DNA of 64,000 nucleotides from Dicyema japonicum. Its lineage: Eukaryota > Animalia > Dicyemida. The notes beneath the pieces are model-generated. The model saw nothing but the letters and a program-made list of their open reading frames with translations. It ran no database searches and was not told the origin of the DNA. The translations under genes and the position numbers were made by a program. This document shows positions 52,766-64,000 of the stretch, piece by piece; positions within the stretch are counted from its first letter, which is position 1; every line of letters begins with the position of its first letter. The stretch lies in assembly GCA_011109175.1 (NCBI GenBank), contig RDEW01000002.1, positions 1,780,111 through 1,844,110 on the forward strand, in the 5' to 3' direction.

Positions 52766-53929
52766 TTGTTGTCAGACTCTGAAATTATATGAAAAAATTT
52801 ATTGTATATTTTTTATATTACCATTTTTAATCACCATTTTAAAATTTTATTATATTTTTTTGAAAAATTACAACGATTCAATCAGAAGGTGGCTTTTCAC
52901 ACTCATCGATATTTTTAATGAATGATTATCGTGGATACGATCTTCCTTGAAGCGGAGTCGAACGCCTTGTGGATATTGACTGAGTGGAACATGGTTATTA
53001 CTCAGACTTGTACAATTTATGACGGACATATGAAGAACTAGAAATAACCCACGTGGATATTTGAATCTGTGACTATTTTTTGGATAAGAATAGATTCATT
53101 TTTCAGATATACATAATAGGAGATCAATCCCACGATGGCGTCAATGCAATGTACCATCGAACAAGGATCCTTCTGAACCTAGACAGACTAGCTGGAAGTT
53201 TATTGCTATCAGGAGAGTCCCCACAATATACCTCTCGAATTATCTCAAAGACTTCATTCGTCAAATAGGGGCATTTTTCTTTAGTGTCCACATTATTAAT
53301 GAGCAAGATGGAATAATACAAATATCATAACGTCGACAGTTCTGAATGGCATGCTTCCATAAATTCAAAAAAAACATGTTGTAACTAAGCGTCGCTTAAC
53401 TGATATTCATTGGCCTAATAAAAAAATTTCAAAAAAAAGTGGCGGACACCTTTTAATCGCCTTAAGACATCGCTTACTTTTTTATATTTCTGAAAATTTT
53501 TTTATTAATTTATTTTTTCATTGGGAGCCGTTGGTCAAATGACGGCTGAGTTTTTGCGCAAACTCGCAGGAATGTTTGCCAGAAAGAAAAGGGATCAACA
53601 AGAAGGGTTATGGCCAAACTCCGAGGGAACTCGTTCGCGATCCACCCAGTCAACTTTATCAACTAACATTGTTTCTTGTTAAATAATAATTGTCTTTAAA
53701 AAATGTATTTTTTTAGAAATTAATATTTTTAAATAAAGTCTCCATTATGTCCTGCAGACATTGAGCACGATATGGGAGATACCTCACAAGCCATCGTGTT
53801 ATTCTAGGTTCACCCTTCCGCTTCCACGGTTAACCTGATAAACTCAGACGTGCTCGGACCACCAATAACGCCCGACGTCTCACCGGAGATCGTCTGGAAA
53901 ACTGTTGAAGATACCTCCCTTGATTTCTG

Positions 53930-54180
53930 TTAAGATTGGGCCATTTGTGTAGAATTCATGTGCTTTGTGAACGTTAAATTTGAGCTTGAAAAAATGCCAG
54001 ATATTCATAAACGCCCTACTTTTTAAAAGAAAAATTTCTCATTAATAAAAAATCCCTTTACTTTTTTATGGGATCCTGACGCCTCCTTGATTGGACATCA
54101 GTTTTACTGTGACATGCCACCAATTGACTCTTCAGCCAATTGGCTTATTCTTTGTGTTAAATCAATAATTAATTAGTGTC
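53930..54180 (-). repeat. Retroelement leader/promoter repeat, copy B
   Basis: Paired CAATTGG motifs, CCCATAAAA, CTCAAATTTAACGTTCACAAAGC. Confidence 0.8.
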
Positions 54181-54188
54181 ACTATATA

Positions 54189-54485
54189 TCAGTGGTTAGG
54201 TGTCGGGCTTAAGTGGCTTAGGCTACGGGTTCGAATTTCGCTTCTGTTACCTGGTAAAAGGTTCCACGCATCTACGATGCAGAAAGGGTTTGACGAGTGA
54301 CGCCGTCATCAGTGGATACTCACTGCGGAACTGGATTGTCTTGAAAGGTCCACACACAAGAAAAAAAGAAGTGAAGATCATTCCTTGGATTAGTTAAATT
54401 AACTGTTCTTTACTTAAATAAAGTGTGTCCTGCCTATGCGGAGTTATAAATACTATGGCTCTCGTGAAAAGGCTTTATATATATC
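54189..54485 (+). mobile_element. tRNA-derived SINE with RTE-like tail
   Basis: AGTGGTTAG (A box part), GGTTCGAATTT (B box), conserved core, tail TGCCTATGCGGAGTTATAAATACTATGGCTCTCGTGAA. Confidence 0.85.
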
Positions 54486-55879
54486 ACTCACTAAATTAGT
54501 TTTAACGAACTTGCACCGTCGGGCTTGCATCTTGTCGACCTCTTCCCCCCACAACGGTGCTTGGCTGAATTTCCATCATCTTCATTGGGTTTATTTCTGG
54601 ATCTGGATGCTCTTCAAATTGGTCCTTTGGTTAGTCTCTCGGTAGACCTGTGCCAGTCTCATCCGACCACTTCGCATATCTCTTTCTTGTGTACAGGAAA
54701 GTCGGTCGGATCAGTTTTCTCTTTAATCGACATGCAAGCGCAAGAGGAGACGCTTTGGAGTAGTGGTGGATACAACGGAGGACCGCATACTTATGATGGT
54801 GCTTCCAATTGTGGGAACTGAGATCTGTTTGACTACACTTTATCCTCTTTCTAGATTCCGTTAATGAAGCAGATATGGTGTACTATAGTTCTAGTACACT
54901 TAATGTCTCCAACTTCTCCTCCCCCTTAAAGTGCGGGATACTGGTTCTCGCCATGAAACCATTGATCTTCTCCTCCACCAAACACTTAATCGGTTTATCC
55001 TCTTCCTCGCATAGATCATCGCATAACCTTTTGATGGCCACTCTCCTTGTTTTCTCCAATAGAGACATTATTCTATCCTTCTTCGAAGGTGAGATACCAC
55101 CCCCCGTTTCCATAGAGTAAATTGAGTAGAATTATCCCGTAAGATGAATCGAAATGTATCCTTATAGACGAGTAGCTTGCATAGAAAGGGATTCCAGAGT
55201 TAACCTGCTCAATCCCCAACTTCAATTGGTAGAAACAGTCTGCATACTACCTTCCAGGACGGAACCCCCATTGCTGAGGTAACAAGAAATTAGTATCTTC
55301 TATGTTTCTACATATTTTGAAACACTCTCCTCGATTATCTCTGAGATACGGTTCTAGGCATATCCACACAGGCGTAAGTGACGACAAACAAGGAAAACTC
55401 CTAGTTTGTCACCGCCATTATAAAAAAAACGGTTTGGATCTTCCGCCCTAAGAAATTCAAATCCACAGGTTTCGAACAAGCGCTCAGACGCAATCTCTCT
55501 TGGCCAAATCGAATTAGAACTCCTGTTTTATAACTAAGACACTATTTTTAATCTTCTGATTAGCAAACTTTCGGGATGATCCCTCCATGGCAAGGGCCAC
55601 CACTTCCTCTGAATTCGCTATTATGCATATCTCCTTCAGCTATGATATTATCTCCTCCAATTAGCTAGACACTCTCTCAGAGAGGTTAGGCAACTGTTCC
55701 CCTAGTTCTCTTGCACTTCGCCAACGCAGGTTTAACCATAGGTGACTTCGCTGGCCACGATCGTCCTTTCTCTGGAGTTAAACACTTGTCACATAGAGTT
55801 TGTTTCTATACTACTTTCCACGGTGTTCTTTGACATTAGTCTGTCTCTGTTCGAAAATTTAGTTCATTCGTGAATATCA

Positions 55880-58532
55880 AATCAAATCAAATCAAATTTA
55901 TTCCAAAGTAAGTAAGTAAGGAGTTATTTTTAGGATATTTAAACGTGTCCGCCTATGCGGCCTGGACACTTCCGATGTATCCACACTCCATTTAGTTATC
56001 TTTTATCGTCGGATCCATTGATTCTTTTCTTTATGATGTTTTTAACAGGAGTCAGAATCATGTCTTCTTCAGTGCTGAGAGCATCCCAGAGCCTTTTTCC
56101 TAAAGCCAACTTTATTGCCGACCTTCTGGTTTTTTCCATGAGAAACATTATTCTTTCTCTTTGGCAAGAGAAAAACCATGCTTCGCATCCATATAGCAGT
56201 TCCGTTAGGATGACCCTCATGAAGATGAACAAGAAGGTTTCCTGGCTTACAAGCAACTTTTTCGTACATAAGAGTGCTTGAAGCGCCTTCTTCCTTCTTC
56301 GTCTTATGTCCTTCTTGAAGGAACTATTTCCATCGATTGCTATCCCGAGGTAGCGCATTGAGTTTACATTAGCAAACTCTATGAGTAAGGCTTCTTCTGA
56401 TGCCTCCTTAGGCGACTTACTCGTAGAGAGCTGGATTTCTCCGTAGACAATCTCATCCCTCTTTTTGTGTACCAGTCCTGAACTTGACCAATGAATGACA
56501 TGATCCTTTTCTCCGAAAGAGTTGATTTGCCAGATGTATCTGTGATCAGAATATCATCGGCGTATATCAATAGTTTTGTGTTTATCCGGTGGAGTTGGAA
56601 AATCGATAGAATATGTTGAATAGCAGAGGGCTCAGGACGGAACCCTGAGAACTCCCCTCTTCAGTATGTGCTCCAACGCGTACTTGGGAAATCCGTCCTG
56701 TTAGGAAATCCCTTATCCAGATGAGTAGTTTCTTTTGGATCTGAGCAGCTGCTAGCCTTGATAGGAGTACTTCATGGCACACACTATCGAAAGCCTTGGA
56801 CAGATCCAAACATACCAGGTTGACTAGTCTTTTGACTTCCAGACCTCTCAATACAGTTGAATGCATCTGGTAGATACAGTCCGTGCATGATTTTCCAGGT
56901 CTGAAGCCCCATTGTTCTGCGAGGAGGAAACCACTCTCTTCTATGTGGTCGTTAAGCCTCCTGAAGATAATTCGTTCGATAATCTTGGAGATCGAACAGA
57001 TGAGGCTTATTGGCCTATAGCTGAGAGGGTCCCTCCTCGATTTTCCTGGTTTCAGTATCATTCTGACAATGGAAGATTTCCAGCGTTTAGGGACATGACC
57101 ATGATGAATGCTTGCATTGAATAAATTCTTCAGTATGGGAAATAGAGCCTCTGGGGCTTCCTTGAACAATCTCATGCTTAGATGGTCAAGTCCAGGAGCG
57201 TTAGCCTTGCATTTAATGATTGCAGTCATGACTTCCTCCGTAGTTATTTTCACTTCAGTATCTTTAAGATCGTCCAAACAGTAGGTTAAAATTTCACGTG
57301 AAGAATCTAACGTCTTCCTCGGAATAAGCTCCATCAGGTTGATACCCTGAATACGGTCCAGTTGTTTCTTAAAATATCTGGGGCTTCTTCCATAGAACAC
57401 AGTCCACCTTCTGGCTTGGTCAAGGAGATTTTTATGTCATTCGTTTTCTGGCTAGTTATTCTTTTGTAGAACTTCCAGAACGAGGGGTCTTTGGTGTTTA
57501 GTTTGCTTGCCTCTGCCCTCAAACATTGTTCTTAAGATAGTCTTGTTCCTTCTTCAATGGCTTTCTTGGTTATCTTCAATTGTTCGGTCAGTGCAATCCG
57601 GTCTATCCAGTCCACACATCTTCTGAGTTTAGTCCTCAGGCAATTCCTTTCATTGATCAAAGATAATGTGGAAATCGAAAGACTGATGCTCTTTCCATGA
57701 TTAGTACTCGAGGATCTCCTTATTGCGTAAAGCATTAAGTATGTCTCCATCATGATAGAGAGTTCATTGTCTATGATGTCGATATCACTTCGGGAATAAT
57801 CTTTAATCTTCCAGTGTTTAAGGTTTCTTGATATGTAGCCTCCTGTAGTGTTCCCAGTTTATTCTTGTTAGGTCGCAACCTGTAAACACGGAGTCCATGG
57901 AGTCTGGAGCTAGGTTCAATAACATCTCTTGGGGTATATGATCACTCCCGATGTCCCACATGATCATCGGCTTTTCTACATAACTGTAGAGTGATGGTGA
58001 CACCAGGAACACCCCAAGCATGTCTCCCCCGTAGTGCGAGTAATGATTCGGTTTTTCCGATGTCAAAATCTCAAATCCAGTTCTATCACTCAATTTCATT
58101 AGTCTGATTCCATCATCGTTAGTACCGAGGCAACCATATTCAATGTTTTTGGCATTTAGATCACCCACTAGGATGGACATATCATTTCTTGTGAAGAATT
58201 CTTCAATTTCTGCGGAACACTTTTTAAGGTCTTTTGAATACATTCCACCGACGTGAATCCAACTGCCGCAACATCTCACCTCGACGGAAACAAATTCACA
58301 GTGTGTATTCATAATAATTTTTTGTGTTGTTGGTCTTTTTCACTTTGGTCTCGTTGACCACCAGGATGTCAATCTTGGTGGACGATAGTAGTAGTGCCAG
58401 GTCATGACGCCTCTTCTTTAGGGATCGGGCGTTCACCAGCACTATCTTCAAGTTTCTTTTCAAATTTCTTGTTGGTGGCCCGGACTCTCCATGGCCAGGT
58501 CCACCATTCGTGAATAAAGTCATTTTTGTCAA
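55880..58532 (-). mobile_element. Near full-length LINE (APE plus RT), frameshifted, with microsatellite tail
   Basis: VNARSL, VNETK, VGDLNAK, SDHIP, DPLSYRPISLICSISKIIE, DLSKAFDSV, QGSVLSPLLF, IYADD, RYLGI; (TTTGA)n/(TTAC)n at the 3' end. Confidence 0.93.
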
Positions 58533-58599
58533 TTAAATCAAAACTGCTCTTTGTGAACGTTAATTTTGAGAAAAGTGATTTATTAAGGAAAAAAGTGAG

Positions 58600-58868
58600 C
58601 AATAATAACAGCCTTTTTCACGGAGCCGTGGTATTAGCTCCGCATAGGCATTTTAACTAATCGTAGAACCAAGAAATGATCTTCACTTCTATTTTCTTGT
58701 GTGTGGGTCCTTTTTTGACAATCCAGTTCCGCAGTGAGAGTCCACTGATGACGGCGTTACTCGTCAAGCCTCTTTAGCATCGTAGATGCGTGGAACCTTC
58801 AACCAGGTGAACAGAACCCGTAACCTAAGTCACTTTAGCCCGACACCTAACCACTATGCCACCTGGCT
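58600..58868 (-). mobile_element. tRNA-derived SINE inserted in the LINE leader
   Basis: GCCAGGTGGCATAGTGGTTAG (A box), core and tail match 54189-54485. Confidence 0.85.
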
Positions 58869-58879
58869 GATGTGTGAGC

Positions 58880-59290
58880 AAATGGTCATATATCGTGTAG
58901 AAATCCAATTTGAAGATAAAAATAAAAATTATTTTTTTTATAAAAAAAATGTGCTCCCTTTTTCCTTTTATGGGAGCCTGAAGTCCTTTCCCTTTATATG
59001 GACAACAGTACTTTGGACCATCGTGACCAATTGACCCTTCAGCCAATTGGCCACAATTCATTCGTGTTAATTGTATATACATAAATCGATAATTAATCCA
59101 AGTTTGTTTTTACAGTTTGTTCTTTTATCCTCACTTTCGTTTTTACAAAAATGATTTCTCATTTATAAGACATTATTCCTTTTCTTTTATGGGGCCCTGA
59201 CCACCGATTCTTTTGTATGGAGATCAGCTTTAAGAATGGTGCTACAATCGACTCTAGCTAATTGCCCCCTAATCGAAAATTAATTAGTCT
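58880..59290 (-). repeat. Retroelement leader repeats C (continuing at 58540-58600) and D
   Basis: GCCAATTGGCTGAAG.GTCAATTGG and CCCATAAAAG shared with 54060-54150. Confidence 0.7.
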
Positions 59291-59699
59291 GATAATAAAA
59301 TTACCCGAGGCTGTCTATTCTCGAAAAACTTCTTATGCTTGGGTCCCCGCTCACTGGGGTCTTATAGGACACCTGACTTCTGAGACTGGACATTTGAAAG
59401 TAAGCGGCCTCCTACTTGTTAACGGCCTCCTACTAGGTAACTAACATTTTATCCATCATCGATGGTGGGTCTGAATCCTGTCCGACCAAAAAAAGTCGGG
59501 GTACTAATTATTTCTAGCACTGAATCCACGATTCAAAACAGAAGAGGAAAAAACTGTAAGTTACAAAATAATTGGAGAAATAATTTTTGAGACTGAAATA
59601 TCAAAGTCGTTACTTGTTATCACTACTTCCACTCGTGAATAAACATCTTAACAACGTCATATCCCCGTCCAACGAAATTAAAATTTGAATAAACAATTT

Positions 59700-60270
59700 T
59701 GGACACTATAAACGGTGCTTCAACACAACTTCAAGTTCCTGACGGCCCTCTCCTTTGCTTTTATCTTTTCGTGCTAATCGAACAATTTATTGCGGAAAAG
59801 TGGGAAAATGGTCATATAGTGGCCGCCCTGACTGCGTGGCTATTCCTTTTCATTATGGCGAGCGAGATTCGTTCAAATAGCCAACAGCGCTCATGGAGAT
59901 CTCCTGTTCGTGGAAAATCCGATTTCCTAGACGACTCAGGAATTCCAGTTCAACTGCAAGCGATCGTGTACTTTGCCCGTTTTGACCTCTCAGCCTTCTC
60001 AGGGCAGAACAGGCTCCGAAGCACTCTGATATAGGTCGCAAGAAGCGAATATGTCGTGCAGATGACGTCCCAGAGAAGAGGTTGCATGGCTTCAAGGAGG
60101 AAGATGGCTATCCCATTGAGTTGTTTCCCGTCGACTAGTTCGAGCAAAGAAGAGTGTCCGACAGCATCCAAAACTGGCCTAACAATTTCGATCAAGGCCA
60201 CGTGTTTGGGAGATCTGCTCGCACTCTTCCTGTCTGCCAAAACAGTCATTTTAGACTCCGCACTGGCATG
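59700..60270 (-). mobile_element. CRE-like RLE fragment
   Basis: KH..L.EIVRPVLDAVGHSSLLE...DGKQLNG...LLWDV; IACS.ETGI; related piece at 35245-35460. Confidence 0.7.
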
Positions 60271-60277
60271 GACTAAT

Positions 60278-61067
60278 AGGGTTTCCATACCATTAACGTA
60301 ACTTTTCCGATCAATAGCGTCACTTTAAGGATAAAAATAATTTTTTTAATTTTTCTAATTTTCAGCCCCTCCACGTGAAACATGGTTTTTCCATGTGCTA
60401 AAATTCTCGATTGGATTGAGAAATGGGGGTAATATGGTGAGTAAGGGGTTAAATGTGGCACATGGAAGTTTGCTATTTCAATCAATTTTTTGATGTCAGT
60501 ATAATGAATACAGGCATTGTCACAAAAAAGATCGGGTCTTCGATTCCCCCTTAGCATAGATTTTTAATGATTCCTAAATAATTAGTCATTGATGCAACGG
60601 TCGGCATTAGTCATTAATCTATGATTCCAATGGCCCCTACAGGAATATGGGCAGATCCTGAAACAGCTCTTCCACGTCTTGCTCTTCAGGATACTGAGAA
60701 TTCAGCCTCATTGTGAGTTTTATAAGATGGTCTTTATCCAAAAAATATATTTACTCATCCCATTGATAATGATTAGAAAGTGACGCTAATAATAACGATT
60801 TATTAACAAATGAGCTAAGGAGTTATCTGGAGGGTATTGCTCTGAGTCCTTGGACTCCACCTTGCTTCTTCAAATCCAAGGTCACCATCTCCATTAAATT
60901 CACATGTGCAATCGAGCACAGATAGTTTAGTCGTGACATAATCTACGATATTTCTGTGTATACCTTCTCTGATAAATTGGGTTGGACATTGTTCGATTTT
61001 CGACGAATTTTAGGTGCCGACTTTGACGTAACTGTCTTTAAAGTGACGCTAATGGCCTGGAAACCCT
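60278..61067. mobile_element. MITE-like element with terminal inverted repeats (Harbinger/ISL2EU-like)
   Basis: AGGGTTTCCA..CCATTA.CGT at the left end and its reverse complement at the right; repeated AAAGTGACGCTA motifs; weak internal VIDAT / DGLYP / IEH remnants. Confidence 0.55.
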
Positions 61068-61937
61068 TTATATTAAAGGTCACATGTCAATGTAACAGAC
61101 AATTCAAGGTCAATAACGCGTCTGCCGTAATGACGTAGTGAATCAATAGCATAGAGTCACAGGGCGATAGATATTATTACTAGGCACTTGATCCATAGTG
61201 CAGCCCCAGACACAATTTTAAATGGCGGAATCTTCCACGCTCATTGATCGTTATTCAGGTCGTACTATTGCATAATGTACGCATAAGTATTTATAATGAA
61301 GATTTTCCATTATGAAAACCCTTCCGCTAAAGAATGAAATGATAGTTTCGTAACTCTTGCATAATGTGATGCTTAAGCAATATTATAATACGTCACTTTT
61401 AGAGGGACAGTTGTTTCAATTTGAACCCGGCTCCTTCGTGCAACCACAGTTCCTTTGTTCAGAATATGAATTTCTGAAGTCTCTTGAGTCCATGACAGCT
61501 AAAAGGAAAAGACACGGACTTTGATCCACTATGAAGCAAAGTAGACATTTAGTACGAGTCGCTACCTCAACCTTTCAACGTGGGGAGACATCAGTATAAC
61601 GACTAAGCTTGGTAGTAGCAATCTTACAGCGTGAGGAGACATCAGTATAACGCCTAGGCTTAGTAGCAATTATGACAAAATAAGAAAAGTCAATTTAATA
61701 AACAAAAATCACTGTCATCTCTACCTTACCAATTTCTATATTAGACAAAATTAATACACAAATAGTTTACGAGACTTTGTTTGCTTATAATGTCTGTCAA
61801 GATGTCGTTTGTACAAATGAGTCTGTCCATCTCTAAATCTGAAGGCACAAGTAGTGCAGGGAACTCCATCATAGAGAGTGTCCACAATTGGAGGCGTCTA
61901 CTAATAGAAAAAGACAGATTTATTTAATAAAAGGCAA

Positions 61938-63377
61938 TCACACCCTTTCAATCGCTGGCTGGGAGTACTTCCCCTGCTTGAATCTATTGGTGTACACCGG
62001 AATCTCAGAACCGAGCTTGATTTGCGGGAGAGGACCTAAAATAACTTAAAAAGAGACCAGTTATGGCGACTTGGTGGGTGAATCCGAAAATAATAACAGT
62101 CTTAGGGGGATCTCCAAAGCCAAGCTCATAGACGAAGTTATCAATGATGACCTCATGGCAGGGACCACCGAAGGCAACAGACCTCTGAATCCCATCAATG
62201 ACAATCTGTGAAGGTTTGTTGAACTGAACGGTGTAGTGTTTGCCGTCAATAATAATTTCCCTTGGACCTCATTGAATGAGACAGTCCGAGCCTTGTCCTC
62301 AACAAATACAAAGGGGATCTCCTCATCAAAGATCACGGTGTGGTGCTTGCCATCGATTATCACCATTTTGGGGGGTTCCTTAGAACGGAATTGGTGGAAT
62401 CCGTCCTTTAGTCTCACGTTGAAAGGTGGAGACCCCCAAACTCCCACAGTGACTCCATCAATGTATATCTGCCGAGAGGGACCGTCGATCCGCAGGTCGT
62501 ACTTAAAGTTGTGGAGGACTATCTCCATGGGAGGGGCATCAGCTCTTGCATCAACGAATGTCTTGTCAATCCAAAGGGGGCAAAACTGGCCATGGAAGAA
62601 CACTTTATAATACTTCCCCCGGATAGACACATCCCTTATTACATCCCCAATGTGATAGCTGACAATTCCGTCTATCAAGATTCTCCCATCTCTGTCAAAT
62701 TCAACCCTCACTTGTCTATGTCCCCCTATATTAATCATCCTCTCTCCCCCTTTGGCCAGTCTATAGGAGACCCCGTCTATTACAATCTCCTCGTTCACTA
62801 CATCACTAACAACATAACGGGGGTCCCTCGGGTTTGACAACAAAGTCCTTCTCTGTCCCTTGAGCTGCTTTATTGTGCCTTTAGCCTCCTCCAACTCTTC
62901 CCTGAGTGCTGACATCTTCTCTTTACACATTTTTAACTCCTCAGTCAATACTCTGACCTTCTCCTTAGTTTCTTCTAGCTCATTCACCTTAATTGGCCAC
63001 TCCCTGTCCATCTCATTTATTCTCACATCTATTTTATCCAAGACTATCTCGGGGAAAGCGTCTACCCATGTCTTTCGAAGTTTGAACAAGTCTTGCTTCA
63101 GTTTATCGTCTCCGTTCTTGAAAACGTTGACAAATATGTTGGTTATATTATTCCCAAATAGATGGGAGTAAACTGAGTTATTCATGCTCTTCACTACTGA
63201 GTCTATCAGGTACAACAGAGGTAGCTTATCATTCACTGTCATTATTCGCGACTCTATCGCTTCCACTATCTCCGAGGCATTTTCTATGTAGTCGTCAGCC
63301 AACATTGTCAGAAAACGAATCATTGGTTTGCTGTTGCTTGTTAAATCGCTCAGTGATGCTTTGAATTCCTCCACCAT
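61938..63377 (-). CDS. PCF11: PCF11-like pre-mRNA cleavage factor (CID, coiled coil, PRDPR, IDG-repeat domain); 1-nt frameshift near 62260 and 22-nt intron 62036-62057
   Basis: LSDLTSNSKPMIRFLTMLA...KLPLLYLIDSVVK...LFKLRKTW CID; the IDG repeats continue in the shifted frame (FGGPCHEVIID) to TGA at 61938. Confidence 0.85.
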
Positions 63378-64000
63378 AACACGTTTGAATTTTATTTTAT
63401 TTATTTTATTTTTACAAATATATTTATTATTTAATTAGAATATTTTTTCTTTTGGAGAATTAAACGTTTAAAAAAATAATCTTTGGGCATTTTCTTGGAA
63501 TGAGCTTGGAGGTGTCAATGACCTGTAATATTATGTCCTCCACTTTCATGGATGGTCAAGAGCCGCTCTCTGTTGTTCTGGAAGAATCATCAGATGACTG
63601 TGAAGCACCACGAGAGGAGAAGGTCTTGATGGGTTACGTGTAATAGCAAGGATCAAGTGAAGTTAAAGAAACTGAGGATGCTCATAGTTTCTCGTGCTGC
63701 ACGTGTCTTTGTCATGCCCATATACGTTACTAATAAATGACGAAATTGAAAACGCGAAGGTTCCAGGTTCGTATCCTATCGTGCCAAACGTTGGGGAACT
63801 CGGATATCCTTCATTAGAGTGGACTTCTATGTGGATAGTTAAAATGATCATTTTGTGCGAGTGGAAGCTTTGTGGCTACTCATGGTCCCGCCATAAAGGG
63901 CCGATAAGGAAGTTAAGTGGCTTTTTATGTTCTGTTTTGTATGAGGTACAAACAAATCCAGGCATTCATTTACGATCGTCTCTTATAGGATAGTACGGGA

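Noticed and set aside
54189-54245. tRNA gene
   Set aside because: A/B boxes are present but there is no complete cloverleaf; it is the head of a dispersed SINE
58480-58532. Possible 2A-like peptide at the LINE N-terminus (GGPGHGESGPP)
   Set aside because: Lacks the DxExNPGP consensus
58740-58775. CTGATGA followed by a stem in the antisense SINE core, resembling a hammerhead ribozyme
   Set aside because: The required GAAA is absent (TCAA/CAAA instead) and one copy lacks CTGANGA
61580-61675. Two roughly 50-bp tandem units (GGAGACATCAGTATAACG...)
   Set aside because: Simple local duplication; only two units, no spacers, not CRISPR
62236-63171. Plus-strand ORFs overlapping PCF11 (and similar ORFs opposite ABCF3 and SHMT)
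   Set aside because: Antisense shadows of real genes

Overview
Eukaryotic (animal) nuclear DNA, AT-rich. Compact housekeeping genes are split by very short GT-AG introns (20-27 nt in those I parsed by hand) and sit among decayed transposons. The intron size and gene content fit a highly reduced parasitic animal, most plausibly a dicyemid mesozoan (inference; a myxozoan is not excluded). Genes: multi-C-type-lectin receptor, single-minded-like bHLH-PAS, alpha-SNAP, GPAA1, LSG1, ABCF3, SHMT, TRAF-like MATH protein, POLR1D, a small Y-box/cold-shock protein missed by the ORF track, a HORMAD/Hop1-like pseudogene fragment and a PCF11-like gene. Mobile DNA: Tc1, pogo/Tigger, two hAT elements with TSDs, a Harbinger-like MITE, RTE, APE-type LINEs, many CRE-like RLE retrotransposon fragments and a tRNA-derived SINE family. 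Most notable: apparently length-defined micro-introns with many stopless 3n cases; a strong excess of the CACGTG palindrome; a SINE sharing its 3' tail with an RTE LINE; one promoter/leader module in front of two unrelated retrotransposon clades; and a near-identical upstream motif at two ribosome-biogenesis genes. Several single-base homopolymer deletions in conserved genes are probably assembly errors. All alignments and counts were done by eye.
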